From Chloroflexota bacterium (GTDB taxonomy: Bacteria > Chloroflexota > Anaerolineae > Promineifilales > Promineifilaceae), in contig CAUJGI010000467.1 of the NCBI GenBank assembly GCA_963169155.1, forward strand, positions 1-30,903: a DNA stretch of 30,903 bases, in the 5' to 3' direction. Position numbers and translations under genes: made by a program. The notes beneath the pieces were generated by a model. It made no database searches. It was not told the DNA's origin and worked only from the letters and a program-made list of their open reading frames with translations. Of the stretch, positions 1-9,395 are shown piece after piece (within the stretch, counting starts at the first letter, position 1; each line of letters opens with the position of its first letter).

Positions 1-1
1 G

Positions 2-145
2 GTGGAGATGGTGATGCCGGGCGACAACGTGAACCTGCGGGTGAAGTTGAGCAAGCCGGTAGCGTTGGAAGAAGGCGGCCGTTTCGCTATTCGTGAAGGT
101 GGCCTCACCGTTGGCTCTGGCGTTATTACCAAGATCCTGGTCTAG
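2..145 (+). CDS. tuf: Elongation factor Tu, C-terminal fragment (5' truncated by window edge)
   Basis: Manual translation of frame 2 gives [47 protein letters not shown], the EF-Tu domain III end ([19 protein letters not shown]); sits directly upstream of rpsJ. Confidence 0.97.
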   Translation: MEMVMPGDNVNLRVKLSKPVALEEGGRFAIREGGLTVGSGVITKILV

Positions 146-154
146 GATTGTCAC

Positions 155-203
155 AGAGGCGTTGTGATTCTTTGAATCCAACGCCTCTACTTTCGAGGAA
201 AGT
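155..203 (+). promoter_or_regulatory. Structured tuf-rpsJ intergenic leader (two hairpins, second covers the rpsJ SD)
   Basis: AGAGGCGTTG-T-GATTC-TTT-GAATC-CAACGCCTCT (155-188, 15 bp with one bulge), then ACTTTC-GAG-GAAAGT (189-203) containing SD GAGGA just before ATG 204. Confidence 0.55.
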
Positions 204-512
204 ATGGCTAAGCAAAGAATTCGAATCCGTTTGAAGGCTTATGATCACCGTGTACTGGACCAGTCTGCCCGTCGTATCGTGGGAACGGCCGAACGTACCG
301 GTGCCCGTGTTGTGGGGCCAGTGCCGTTGCCCACACGTATCGAGCGGTTTACCGTGCGCCGCAGTACATTCATTGACAAAGATTCGCACGAGCATTTTGA
401 GATTCGGACGCACAAGCGGTTGATTGATGTGATCAATCCAGACTCAAAAACGATTGACACCCTGATGCGGCTGAACCTGCCCGCCGGGGTTGACATTGAG
501 ATTTCTATTTAA
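204..512 (+). CDS. rpsJ: 30S ribosomal protein S10
   Basis: [21 protein letters not shown]...GPVPLPT...[12 protein letters not shown], canonical uS10. Confidence 0.99.
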   Translation: MAKQRIRIRLKAYDHRVLDQSARRIVGTAERTGARVVGPVPLPTRIERFTVRRSTFIDKDSHEHFEIRTHKRLIDVINPDSKTIDTLMRLNLPAGVDIEISI

Positions 513-579
513 GTAGTAAATCTCTAAACGAAGGATGATGCAGTCCCTGCCTGGTGGCTGACAGTCCTGGGAGGTTAAT

Positions 580-1239
580 GTGAAAGGATTACTAGGCACT
601 AAAGTGGGTATGGCCCAGGTTTTTGACGCAAGCGGTGAAGTTGCACCGGTCACGATCATTCAAGCCGGACCCTGCTACGTAACACAGGTTAAAACTGAGA
701 AGGCGGATGGCTATACGGCCGTACAAATCGGTTTTAGCGAAATTGCTGAAAAACGGTTGAGCAAAGGCCGACAGGGCCATCTGGGTCTCCTCAAAAAAGG
801 GAAGGGCCGTAAAAAAGCTCAAAATATTCCAGCCTTGCGCTACCTGCGTGAGTTCCGCACCAAAGATGCGGCCGAACACACCGTGGGACAGACTTTAACC
901 GTAGAGCAATTTGAAATTGGCGAACGCGTCGATGTAAGCGGGAAAACCAAAGGTAAAGGTTTTGCCGGTGCGGTCAAACGGTATGGCTTTGGGGGTGGTT
1001 CGAAGACCCATGGTCAGTCTGATCGGTGGCGCGCGCCAGGTTCCATTGGGGGTACTTCTGGTACCGGCCACGTGTTTAAGGGCAAACGTATGCCCGGCCG
1101 CATGGGCAACGATCAGTTTACCGCCCAGAACCTGGAAGTGATTCGTGTTGACGCCGAGCGTAACCTGATTGCCGTCAAAGGGCCGGTGCCCGGGGCAAAA
1201 GGCGCGCTCGTCGTAATTCGAAAAGCAGCAAAAGGCTAG
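580..1239 (+). CDS. rplC: 50S ribosomal protein L3 (GTG start)
   Basis: [44 protein letters not shown] motifs; GGAGG SD upstream. Confidence 0.99.
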   Translation: MKGLLGTKVGMAQVFDASGEVAPVTIIQAGPCYVTQVKTEKADGYTAVQIGFSEIAEKRLSKGRQGHLGLLKKGKGRKKAQNIPALRYLREFRTKDAAEHTVGQTLTVEQFEIGERVDVSGKTKGKGFAGAVKRYGFGGGSKTHGQSDRWRAPGSIGGTSGTGHVFKGKRMPGRMGNDQFTAQNLEVIRVDAERNLIAVKGPVPGAKGALVVIRKAAKG

Positions 1240-1252
1240 CGGAGGCGTTGTG

Positions 1253-1918
1253 ATGAAAGTTTCAGTTTTCAACATGGCTGGCAAGGAAGTTAACAGCGTA
1301 GACCTTCCAGCTAGCATTTTTGAAGCAAAAATTAATCGTGATCTGATGCACCAGGCGTTGTTACGGCAGTTGGCCAATGCGCGCCAGGGTACACATAAAG
1401 CCAAAGGGCGTTCAGAAGTTAACCGGACCGGAGCAAAAGCTTACCGCCAAAAAGGTACCGGCAATGCCCGGCATGGTAGCAAAAAGGCGCCTATCTTTGT
1501 GGGTGGTGGTGTGGCCCATGGGCCGCTGCCGCGTAAATATACCAAACAGATGCCCCGAAAGATGCGTCGAGCGGCCCTGCGCTCTGCTTTGAGCGTGAAA
1601 GCCGGTAACGAAGCCATTGTGCTGGTAGATGATCTGACGCTGGATGCGCCGAAAACAAGCGACATGAAGCAGTTTGTGCAGACTCTGGTTGCCAATGGAA
1701 GTGCCCTGGTGCTTTTGCCTGGACGCAATGAGAACGTTGAGAAATCAACCCGTAACCTGGCGGACGTGAAAGCGCTGCAGGCCAGTTACCTGAACATTCG
1801 CGACCTGTTAGGTTATGACAAAATTGTGATACCGTTGGCGGCGCTGGATGTCATTACCAACTTCTTGGGCATCGAAGATGATTTTGAAGACGTTGATGAA
1901 TCTGGGGAGGAGGCATAA
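1253..1918 (+). CDS. rplD: 50S ribosomal protein L4
   Basis: RQGTHKAKGRSEV, RQKGTGNARHGS, GGGVAHGP motifs; ATG 1253 is 7 nt after GGAGG (GTG 1250 is an alternative); acidic C-terminal tail. Confidence 0.99.
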   Translation: MKVSVFNMAGKEVNSVDLPASIFEAKINRDLMHQALLRQLANARQGTHKAKGRSEVNRTGAKAYRQKGTGNARHGSKKAPIFVGGGVAHGPLPRKYTKQMPRKMRRAALRSALSVKAGNEAIVLVDDLTLDAPKTSDMKQFVQTLVANGSALVLLPGRNENVEKSTRNLADVKALQASYLNIRDLLGYDKIVIPLAALDVITNFLGIEDDFEDVDESGEEA

Positions 1919-1920
1919 TC

Positions 1921-2220
1921 ATGCAGCTGCATTGGCGTGAAGTGATTCGTCGCCCGGTGGTGACAGAAAAAAGCAGCTACAACGTGGATTTGAATAATCA
2001 ATACACGTTTGTGGTGAACTCGCGGGCGAATAAGATGCAGATCAAGCAGGCTATTGAATTGGCCTGGCCCGAAGTTTCTGTAGAAAAGATTCGCGTAGCG
2101 AATATGCCAGCCAAGCGGGCGCGTCGTTATCGGCGTGTTACCACGCGTAAGGTCGGTTGGAAAAAAGCGATTGTGACGTTGTCGCCTGGTGACAGTATCG
2201 ACTTGTTTGAGGGCGTTTAG
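1921..2220 (+). CDS. rplW: 50S ribosomal protein L23
   Basis: RPVVTEKS, YTFVV, KQAIE, WKKAIVTL motifs; position between rplD and rplB. Confidence 0.98.
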   Translation: MQLHWREVIRRPVVTEKSSYNVDLNNQYTFVVNSRANKMQIKQAIELAWPEVSVEKIRVANMPAKRARRYRRVTTRKVGWKKAIVTLSPGDSIDLFEGV

Positions 2221-2314
2221 CGTTTAGAAGTATGTGAGCAGGGATGAGGGCATTTGTCCGTCGGGGTTTTGTTCCTGAAGGGTAAAATGCCTGTAGCCCG
2301 TCTCTGGAGGAACT

Positions 2315-3157
2315 ATGCCAATTAAAGTTTTTAAGCCCACGTCGCCGGGTCGCCGTGACATGAGTGGGCAAACCTTTGAAGAAGTGACTCGGGTTACCCC
2401 GGAGCGCAGCTTAACCAAAGGTATGCGAAAGCAAGGCGGCCGTAACTTTCGAGGGAAGATCACCATCCGTCATCGCGGTGGTGGTCACAAGCGTCGTTTT
2501 CGTGAGATTGATTTCAAGCGGCGCGACAAGTTTGGAATTCCAGCTCGTGTAAGTTCAATTGAATATGATCCTAACCGTTCAGCGCGAATTGCGCTGCTGG
2601 TGTATGCAGACGGCGAGAAGCGGTACATCATTGCGCCGCTGGGTTTGCGCGTTGGCGATTCGATTATGAGCGGTCCGGGTTCGGAGATCCGTCCGGGTAA
2701 TGCGTTACCCCTGCAGGATATTCCGTTGGGTACGCAGGTGCATAACATTGAGCTTCAGGTTGGCCGTGGGGCGCAGATGGTTCGTTCTGCGGGCACCTCG
2801 GCTCAGTTGCTGGCAAAGGATCATCCTCGCTTCGTGACGCTGCGCTTACCTTCGGGTGAAGAGCGGTATGTGCCTCAAGAATGCCTGGCGACGATTGGCC
2901 AGGTTGGTAATGTAGAGCATGGGAACGTGAAGCTAGGCAAGGCGGGACGCAAACGTCACCTCGGTATTCGTCCGGGCGTGCGCGGTTCGGCAATGAACCC
3001 CAATGATCATCCGCATGGTGGTGGTGAAGGCCGTTCGCCGATTGGTATGGCTGCGCCGAAAACGCCGTGGGGTCAACCGGCACAAGGCCGGCGGACTCGT
3101 CGTAATAAGGCTACGGATAAGTTTATATTCCGTCGTCGCAGCAAGAAGCGTCGGTAG
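2315..3157 (+). CDS. rplB: 50S ribosomal protein L2
   Basis: [40 protein letters not shown] motifs. Confidence 0.99.
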   Translation: MPIKVFKPTSPGRRDMSGQTFEEVTRVTPERSLTKGMRKQGGRNFRGKITIRHRGGGHKRRFREIDFKRRDKFGIPARVSSIEYDPNRSARIALLVYADGEKRYIIAPLGLRVGDSIMSGPGSEIRPGNALPLQDIPLGTQVHNIELQVGRGAQMVRSAGTSAQLLAKDHPRFVTLRLPSGEERYVPQECLATIGQVGNVEHGNVKLGKAGRKRHLGIRPGVRGSAMNPNDHPHGGGEGRSPIGMAAPKTPWGQPAQGRRTRRNKATDKFIFRRRSKKRR

Positions 3158-3172
3158 GAGGTAGATTAGGAA

Positions 3173-3454
3173 ATGTCTCGTTCGTTAAAGAAAGGTCCTT
3201 ACATTAATCCGAAACTGTTGAAGAAGGTTGAAGTGCTGAACGCGGCGAAAAAGCGTGAGGTAATTCGTACCTGGTCACGTTCTAGCACTGTGTTCCCGCA
3301 GATGGTAGGACATACGGTTGCTGTCTATGACGGCCGTCGCCATATTCCGATTTATATTACGGAGAATATGGTGGGGCATAAGCTGGGTGAATTTGCGCCC
3401 ACACGGACGTTCCGTGGTCATGTCAGCAAAGCTGAGAAGAAGGGGCGTCGTTAA
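3173..3454 (+). CDS. rpsS: 30S ribosomal protein S19
   Basis: [32 protein letters not shown] motifs. Confidence 0.99.
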   Translation: MSRSLKKGPYINPKLLKKVEVLNAAKKREVIRTWSRSSTVFPQMVGHTVAVYDGRRHIPIYITENMVGHKLGEFAPTRTFRGHVSKAEKKGRR

Positions 3455-3456
3455 TC

Positions 3457-3834
3457 ATGGCTGAAGCATTTGAGATTAAGGCGAAATTACGTTACCTACA
3501 GATCACGCCACAAAAGGTGCGGCTGGTGGTGGATACAGTACGGGGCAAAAATGCGCGGGAAGCTTTGGATACGCTGCGTTTTATGCCCCAGCGGGCAGCT
3601 GGACCAGTCTATAAATTGATTGCGTCGGCTGTGGCCAATGCCGAGCAGAACTTTGGTCTGGAAGCTGATGAGCTTTACGTGAGCCAGATTTTTGCCGACG
3701 ATGGCCCTCGCCATCGCAAGGCACCTTATGGTGGTCGTTTTGCTGGACGCGGCCGTTTTCGGCCCATTATTAAGCGGTCATCCCATGTAACAGTCGTGTT
3801 GGCTGAACGGGATGTAGTTGAGTACGGCGATTAA
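3457..3834 (+). CDS. rplV: 50S ribosomal protein L22
   Basis: PQKVRLVVDTVRGK, SAVANAEQN, KRSSHVTVVL motifs; S10 operon position. Confidence 0.98.
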   Translation: MAEAFEIKAKLRYLQITPQKVRLVVDTVRGKNAREALDTLRFMPQRAAGPVYKLIASAVANAEQNFGLEADELYVSQIFADDGPRHRKAPYGGRFAGRGRFRPIIKRSSHVTVVLAERDVVEYGD

Positions 3835-3896
3835 GTGAAACCGGTCATTAGCACAAGCGCCGGAGGGCGCGCTAGTGATGGAATGGAGGATTAGTC

Positions 3897-4568
3897 TTGG
3901 GACGCAAAGTACATCCTGTTGGATTCCGTTTAAAAACAATTCGTGATTGGAACACGCGTTGGTTTGCTGAAGGGAAGCAGTACGAAGAACGCTTGCATGA
4001 GGATTTTGCCATCCGCAAACTCATCATGAAGGAAATGCCTTCGGCTGGTATTTCTTTGCTGGAGATCGAGCGCTTTCCCAATCAGGTTCAGGTAACCATT
4101 CATACGGCTCGTCCGGGTATTGTGATTGGCCGTAAGGGCGGTTCTGTTAAGGAACTGCGCGGTAAGCTGCGTGATTTGACTGACAAGGCGGTGAAGGTTG
4201 AGGTTGAAGAAATTTCTCAGCCAGACACCGATGCGCAGCTGATTGCTGAGAATATTGCGGGGCAACTGCAGCGCCGCATTTCGCACAGCCGGGCGATGAA
4301 GCGTGCCATTCAGCAGGCGATGCGCCAGGGTGCGGAAGGTGTTCGCATCGAGGTAAGCGGCCGTTTGGGTGGTTCTGAAATGGCCCGTAAAGAAAAGCTT
4401 TGGGACGGCCGTGTGCCGCGCAACACAATTCGGGCTGACCTGCAATATGGTTTTACCGAGGCCCTGACAACCTTTGGCCAGATTGGCGTGAAGGTGTGGG
4501 TCTACAAAGGTGAAATCCTGCCGCAGAAGACCGAATTTGAAGCCACGGACGTCTATATTAGTGAGTAA
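3897..4568 (+). CDS. rpsC: 30S ribosomal protein S3 (TTG start)
   Basis: GRKVHPVGFRL, RPGIVIGRKG, GRLGGSEMAR, GQIGVKVWVYKGE; GGAGG SD upstream. Confidence 0.99.
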   Translation: MGRKVHPVGFRLKTIRDWNTRWFAEGKQYEERLHEDFAIRKLIMKEMPSAGISLLEIERFPNQVQVTIHTARPGIVIGRKGGSVKELRGKLRDLTDKAVKVEVEEISQPDTDAQLIAENIAGQLQRRISHSRAMKRAIQQAMRQGAEGVRIEVSGRLGGSEMARKEKLWDGRVPRNTIRADLQYGFTEALTTFGQIGVKVWVYKGEILPQKTEFEATDVYISE

Positions 4569-4623
4569 CCATAAATTCTGGAGAGCCAGCGCGCTTTCCT
4601 GAGTTTTTGACGGAGTTTGAGCT

Positions 4624-5040
4624 ATGTTAATGCCAAAACGAGCAAAATACCGTAAGCAATTCCGTGGACGTATGCGTGGCATGGCGAAGGGCGGTTCCGA
4701 TTTGCAGAATGGTGAGTATGGTATCCAGGCTTTGGAGCCGGGATGGATTACCAGTCGGCAGATTGAAGCGATTCGTCGTGTGGTTGTACGCCACAACAAG
4801 CGGCGCGGTAAATATTGGATTCGCATATTCCCAGACAAGCCCGTAACGGCTAAACCGGCCGAAACCCGTATGGGTAAGGGCAAAGGGTCTGTGGACCATT
4901 ACGTGGCTGTGGTTAAACCAGGCCGCATTCTGTTTGAGATTGCTGGCGTGCCGGATGATGTGGCACGTGAGGCGCTGCGTTTGGCCAGCTACAAGCTGCC
5001 TATTAAGACGCAGATCATATCTCGGGAGGATTCGCTGTAA
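4624..5040 (+). CDS. rplP: 50S ribosomal protein L16
   Basis: [39 protein letters not shown] motifs. Confidence 0.99.
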   Translation: MLMPKRAKYRKQFRGRMRGMAKGGSDLQNGEYGIQALEPGWITSRQIEAIRRVVVRHNKRRGKYWIRIFPDKPVTAKPAETRMGKGKGSVDHYVAVVKPGRILFEIAGVPDDVAREALRLASYKLPIKTQIISREDSL

Positions 5041-5468
5041 TGGCAAATATTGTTGAATTACGTGGAATGAGTGACGCCAAGCTGGAAGAAATGTTGGAAA
5101 ACCGCCGCGAGGAGATGTTTAACCTGCGGTTCCAGGTAGCTTCATCCCGGCTGGAAGATTATACGCGGCTGAAGGCTGTACGACGTGAGATTGGACAGCT
5201 AGAGACCGTTTTGAACATGCGGCAACTGGCCATAGAAACGGCCGTTGCCAGCCCTGCCCTTGCCCAAGCCCTCGCGGGCAAAGAATGGGAAGCTTCGGCG
5301 CGTTTCAGCTACGAAGAAAGTGGTTGGCAGGTTACGTTTAAGGAAAAAGGTGGCAAAGAGCTGGGCACCGCTCTTGTGAATCTTAACAAGAAACGGCCGC
5401 ACGGTCGCCGCCAGGCCAAGAAGCAAAGCCAATCCCAGCGCGTTGTGTCCGCTGAGGTTGCAGGGTAG
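5040..5468 (+). CDS. rpmC: 50S ribosomal protein L29 with long C-terminal extension
   Basis: First ~64 aa match uL29 (ELRGMSDAKL, EMFNLRFQ, RLKAVRREIGQLETVL); position between rplP and rpsQ; 142 aa total, start overlaps rplP stop. Confidence 0.93.
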   Translation: MANIVELRGMSDAKLEEMLENRREEMFNLRFQVASSRLEDYTRLKAVRREIGQLETVLNMRQLAIETAVASPALAQALAGKEWEASARFSYEESGWQVTFKEKGGKELGTALVNLNKKRPHGRRQAKKQSQSQRVVSAEVAG

Positions 5469-5475
5469 GTAAACC

Positions 5476-5727
5476 ATGAGAGAGCAGCGTAAACGATTAA
5501 AAGGCGTTGTGACCAGTGACAAAATGGACAAAACCGTTATTGTCGCTGTCACTACAACCAAACGCCACCCAATTTATGGCAAAGTTATGCGCCTGGTCAC
5601 CAAGTACAAAGCGCATGATGAATCAAATGAATGCCACCTCGGTGATCAGGTCGAAATTATCGAATCAAAGCCAATCAGCCGCCATAAGCGGTGGGCTGTT
5701 GTCTCCATTCTGGAGCGAGCAAAATAA
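5476..5727 (+). CDS. rpsQ: 30S ribosomal protein S17
   Basis: GVVTSDKMDKTVIV, KYKAHDE, ESKPISRHKRW motifs. Confidence 0.99.
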   Translation: MREQRKRLKGVVTSDKMDKTVIVAVTTTKRHPIYGKVMRLVTKYKAHDESNECHLGDQVEIIESKPISRHKRWAVVSILERAK

Positions 5728-5739
5728 GAGGACCGCATC

Positions 5740-6111
5740 ATGATTCAAAAAGAAAGCCGTTTGAATGTCGCCGATAATTCTGGTGCTCGTGAACTGCTGG
5801 TCATCCAGGTGATGGGTGGGTCTATCCGCCGCTATGGCAGTGTTGGTGATATGGTTACTGCATCAGTAAAAAAAGCCGTACCCAACTCTTCCGTCAAGAA
5901 GGGGTCCGTAGTTAAAGCTGTAATCGTGCGTACCAAGAAAGAGTACAAACGTGAAGATGGCAGCTACATTCGCTTTGATGACAATGCGGCCGTTATTATC
6001 GACCCTGCTAGCAAGAATCCCATTGGGACGCGCATTTTTGGCCCCGTGGCTCGTGAACTGCGCCCTGCTGGGTACAGCCGCATCATGTCGCTGGCGCCAG
6101 AGGTGTTATAG
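5740..6111 (+). CDS. rplN: 50S ribosomal protein L14
   Basis: [40 protein letters not shown]. Confidence 0.99.
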   Translation: MIQKESRLNVADNSGARELLVIQVMGGSIRRYGSVGDMVTASVKKAVPNSSVKKGSVVKAVIVRTKKEYKREDGSYIRFDDNAAVIIDPASKNPIGTRIFGPVARELRPAGYSRIMSLAPEVL

Positions 6112-6121
6112 AGAGGAAGCC

Positions 6122-6445
6122 ATGAAAATTAAAGTTGGAGATGAAGTACAGGTAATTTCCGGCAATGACAAAGGCGCTCGCGGTACCGTACAGCGTGTTT
6201 TGCTCAAGGAAAACCGCATTGTGGTCTCTGGCGTCAATTTGGTGAAAAAGCATCAGCGCCCCCGGCCAACCGGCGGCCGCAGCCAGGCACAGGGTGGCAT
6301 CATTGAGTTTGAAGCCCCCATCAGTGTCTCAAATGTAATGCTGATCTGCCCGGAAACTGGCGAACCCACCCGAATTGGCATTCGCCGTGATGAAAATGGG
6401 AACCGCGTTCGTTTTTCGAAGAAAAGCGGCAACCAGATTAGTTGA
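6122..6445 (+). CDS. rplX: 50S ribosomal protein L24
   Basis: [18 protein letters not shown] (KOW), [16 protein letters not shown]; start set at ATG 6122 after GAGG SD rather than ORF-track 5951. Confidence 0.98.
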   Translation: MKIKVGDEVQVISGNDKGARGTVQRVLLKENRIVVSGVNLVKKHQRPRPTGGRSQAQGGIIEFEAPISVSNVMLICPETGEPTRIGIRRDENGNRVRFSKKSGNQIS

Positions 6446-6519
6446 GTTATTTTATATACCATCGGTGAGCCAGGTAGCCCTAAATACGTGCAATGCGTAT
6501 GCGTACCTGCCACTCAACT
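6440..6519 (+). promoter_or_regulatory. Candidate structured RNA between rplX and rplE
   Basis: Nested stems AGTTGAGT(6440-47)/ACTCAACT(6512-19), CAGGTA(6471-76)/TACCTG(6504-09), ATACGT(6484-89)/GCGTAT(6495-6500), abutting the GGAGGT SD of rplE. Confidence 0.5.
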
Positions 6520-6531
6520 CGGAGGTAAACT

Positions 6532-7077
6532 GTGTTTACACCACTTAAAGAGCAGTACAAAAGCGAAGTGGTGCCGGCATTGATGAAAGAATTGAACTTT
6601 CATAGTGTGATGCAGGTACCGCGAATTACCAAGATTGTGATTAACGTTGGTTTGGGGGAGGCTTTGGACAATGCCAAAGCCATCGAGTTTGCGGTAAATG
6701 ATATTACCGCCATCACGGGCCAAAAACCGGTGTTGACCAAGGCGAAAAATTCAATTGCAGGCTTCAAGCTGCGCGAAGGTCGCGTGATTGGGCTAAAAGT
6801 TACCCTACGCGGCGAGCGGATGTGGTCTTTTCTGACCCGTCTCATTCATGTGGCGCTGCCCCGTACCCGTGACTTCCAGGGTATTTCCCCGGATTCGTTT
6901 GACGGCCGTGGCAACTACACTTTAGGCCTGCGCGAACAGTTGATTTTTCCGGAAATTGAATACGATCGGATTGACAAAATCCGTGGTATGGAAGTTAGCA
7001 TTGTAACCACTGCCCAGAAAGATGAAGAAGGGCGGCGTTTATTATCTATGTTGGGTATGCCCTTCTGGGAGAATTAG
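6532..7077 (+). CDS. rplE: 50S ribosomal protein L5 (GTG start)
   Basis: [48 protein letters not shown]. Confidence 0.99.
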   Translation: MFTPLKEQYKSEVVPALMKELNFHSVMQVPRITKIVINVGLGEALDNAKAIEFAVNDITAITGQKPVLTKAKNSIAGFKLREGRVIGLKVTLRGERMWSFLTRLIHVALPRTRDFQGISPDSFDGRGNYTLGLREQLIFPEIEYDRIDKIRGMEVSIVTTAQKDEEGRRLLSMLGMPFWEN

Positions 7078-7078
7078 T

Positions 7079-7261
7079 ATGGCAAAGAAATCAATGATTG
7101 CCCGGGAATCGAACCGTAAATATAAAGTTCGGGTTCGTAATCGTTGTAAATTGTGTGGACGTCCGCGCGGTTACATTCGCCGCTTTGGGTTATGCCGCAT
7201 TTGTTTCCGTGAGCAGGCGTTGCAAGGCAACATCCCTGGCGTGGTCAAGTCTAGCTGGTAA
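7079..7261 (+). CDS. rpsN: 30S ribosomal protein S14, short zinc-binding type
   Basis: [10 protein letters not shown]...[37 protein letters not shown]; 60 aa, two CxxC; start ATG 7079. Confidence 0.98.
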   Translation: MAKKSMIARESNRKYKVRVRNRCKLCGRPRGYIRRFGLCRICFREQALQGNIPGVVKSSW

Positions 7262-7273
7262 AGGTGGTGCATC

Positions 7274-7681
7274 ATGTCAATGAGTGATCCGATAGCTGAT
7301 ATGTTGACACGCATTCGCAATGCCCAGATGCGGGAGCATAAGACGGTTTCTATGCCGCACTCCACTGTAAAGGTTGCGATTGCTGAAGTGTTACAAAAAG
7401 AAGGTTATATTGAAGAGTACAAGGTCTTGCCGGAAACGCCGCAATCGGTGTTGCAGGTAACCTTGAAGTATGTCGGCGACCGGCGCAACCGTCGCTCGGT
7501 GATTACCGGGCTGGAGCGGGTGAGCCGTCCGGGCCGTCGTGTATATGTTGGTAAGGGTGAGATCCCTTGGGTGTTGAGCGGCATGGGCATTTCCATCGTC
7601 ACTACTTCCCAGGGAGTTATGACTGGGCAACAGGCCCGTCGCCTGGGAGTTGGCGGCGAAGTGCTCTGTAAGGTCTGGTAA
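7274..7681 (+). CDS. rpsH: 30S ribosomal protein S8
   Basis: [46 protein letters not shown]. Confidence 0.99.
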   Translation: MSMSDPIADMLTRIRNAQMREHKTVSMPHSTVKVAIAEVLQKEGYIEEYKVLPETPQSVLQVTLKYVGDRRNRRSVITGLERVSRPGRRVYVGKGEIPWVLSGMGISIVTTSQGVMTGQQARRLGVGGEVLCKVW

Positions 7682-7695
7682 CTGGAGGACTTAAC

Positions 7696-8238
7696 ATGTC
7701 TCGCATTGGTAAAGCCCCCATTACTATTCCAAATGGGGTACAGATTGAAATGAAGAAAGGGTCTGTGAACGTAAAGGGCCCAAAGGGTCAACTGACCCAG
7801 GTAATTCATCCAGACATGCATTTAGAGCAGGAAGAAGGGGTGTTGTCGGTCAAACGGCCGTCTGACTCCCGTATTCATCGTTCTTTGCATGGTCTGACCC
7901 GCGCACTCGTGAACAACATGGTTGTTGGGGTGAGCAATGGTTTTTCTAAAGTTTTGGAGATCGAAGGTGTGGGCTACCGCGCTGAGATGGACGGACAAAC
8001 GCTGGTGCTGAACGTAGGTTATTCCCACCCGGTCCGCTTTGTGCCGCCCCAGGATATCTCCTTTGCGGTGGAAAATCGTAACAAAACCATCATTGTTTCC
8101 GGTATCGACAAACAAGTGGTGGGTGAAGTTGCAGCCAATATTCGCAAGCAGCGTCCCCCGGAACCCTATAAGGGCAAAGGCATTCGCTACCGGGGTGAAT
8201 ACGTGCGGCGTAAAGCCGGTAAGGCCGGTAAGGTTTAA
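7696..8238 (+). CDS. rplF: 50S ribosomal protein L6
   Basis: MSRIGKAPI, HGLTRALVNNMVVGVS, GVGYRA, PPEPYKGKGIRY. Confidence 0.99.
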   Translation: MSRIGKAPITIPNGVQIEMKKGSVNVKGPKGQLTQVIHPDMHLEQEEGVLSVKRPSDSRIHRSLHGLTRALVNNMVVGVSNGFSKVLEIEGVGYRAEMDGQTLVLNVGYSHPVRFVPPQDISFAVENRNKTIIVSGIDKQVVGEVAANIRKQRPPEPYKGKGIRYRGEYVRRKAGKAGKV

Positions 8239-8251
8239 GAGGTAGTGAACA

Positions 8252-8614
8252 ATGGCTATTAAATCAAAAGTTGCACGCAAACGACGCCATCAGCGAATTC
8301 GTACCAAAATATCGGGCAGTGCCGAACGGCCGCGTTTGAACGTATTCCGTAGCCTGGATCACATTTACGCGCAGGTCATTGATGATGTGGCGGGCAAGAC
8401 ACTCGTTTCTGCTTCCACTGTTGATAAGGCGTTGCGGGTTGACGTTGCCGGGAAAACCAAGAAAGAGCAGGCCGCATTGGTGGGCAAAGCAATAGCTGAG
8501 CGGGCCAAGGCGGCTGGGGTGACAACCGTTCTGTTTGACCGGGGTGGCTATTTGTATCACGGCCGTATCAAGGCCCTGGCCGACGGTGCTCGTGAAGGTG
8601 GTCTCGATTTCTAA
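8252..8614 (+). CDS. rplR: 50S ribosomal protein L18
   Basis: [43 protein letters not shown]. Confidence 0.99.
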   Translation: MAIKSKVARKRRHQRIRTKISGSAERPRLNVFRSLDHIYAQVIDDVAGKTLVSASTVDKALRVDVAGKTKKEQAALVGKAIAERAKAAGVTTVLFDRGGYLYHGRIKALADGAREGGLDF

Positions 8615-8694
8615 GACAAGACAGATCCAGGCGGCATTGGTGCCTGGAAGTGTGCCGCGCCGGCGCTTAACTGACGCGGCACCGGGAGATGGAA

Positions 8695-9219
8695 ATGGGT
8701 CAAAGACGACAAAATTTTGAACAAGAATATGACGAACGTATCATCGATATCACCCGTGTTGCCAAGGTGGTCAAAGGTGGTCGGCGGTTTGCGTTTCGGG
8801 TGACCGTTGTGGTTGGTGATAACAAAGGTCGCGTCAGCGTAGGCGTTGGTAAGGCACGCTCAGTGCCCGATGCCATTCGCAAAGCGCTGGAGGCGGCCCG
8901 CAAAACGATGACCAAAGTGCCGATCGTTGGCAGCACCGTTCCGCATGAAATCATTGGTGTGCATGGCGCGGCCCGTGTATTGCTCAAGCCAGCCTCCCCT
9001 GGTACCGGCGTTATCGCTGGTGGTGGGGTGCGCGCCGTGGTGGAAGCCGCCGGGTATCGCGACATCTTGTCCAAATCCCTGGGCAGCGCGAACGCGCTAA
9101 ATGTGCTGCAGGCCACTATGAACGGGCTGAGTAACTTGAAGAGCGTTCAAGAGGTAGCTTCGAACCGCGGTAAGAACGTGGCTGATGTTACCCCGTTTTG
9201 GAGTCGTTCCAATGGCTAA
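8695..9219 (+). CDS. rpsE: 30S ribosomal protein S5
   Basis: [36 protein letters not shown]; ATG 8695 better spaced from GGGAG than ATG 8689. Confidence 0.98.
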   Translation: MGQRRQNFEQEYDERIIDITRVAKVVKGGRRFAFRVTVVVGDNKGRVSVGVGKARSVPDAIRKALEAARKTMTKVPIVGSTVPHEIIGVHGAARVLLKPASPGTGVIAGGGVRAVVEAAGYRDILSKSLGSANALNVLQATMNGLSNLKSVQEVASNRGKNVADVTPFWSRSNG

Positions 9220-9394
9220 GTTACGCATCACATATTCTAAAAGTTCGATTGGTTACAAGAAAGATCAGAAAGGAACCATTCGTGCTCTGGGGTTCAGAAA
9301 GTTGAACCAGACGCTTGAGCATGAAGATACGCCCGCTATCCGCGGGATGGTTCATAAAGTCAGTCACTTAGTGACCGTGGAAGAGGTTAAATAA
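9212..9394 (+). CDS. rpmD: 50S ribosomal protein L30
   Basis: [14 protein letters not shown]...[12 protein letters not shown]...[16 protein letters not shown]; overlaps rpsE end by 8 nt. Confidence 0.98.
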   Translation: MAKLRITYSKSSIGYKKDQKGTIRALGFRKLNQTLEHEDTPAIRGMVHKVSHLVTVEEVK

Positions 9395-9395
9395 C

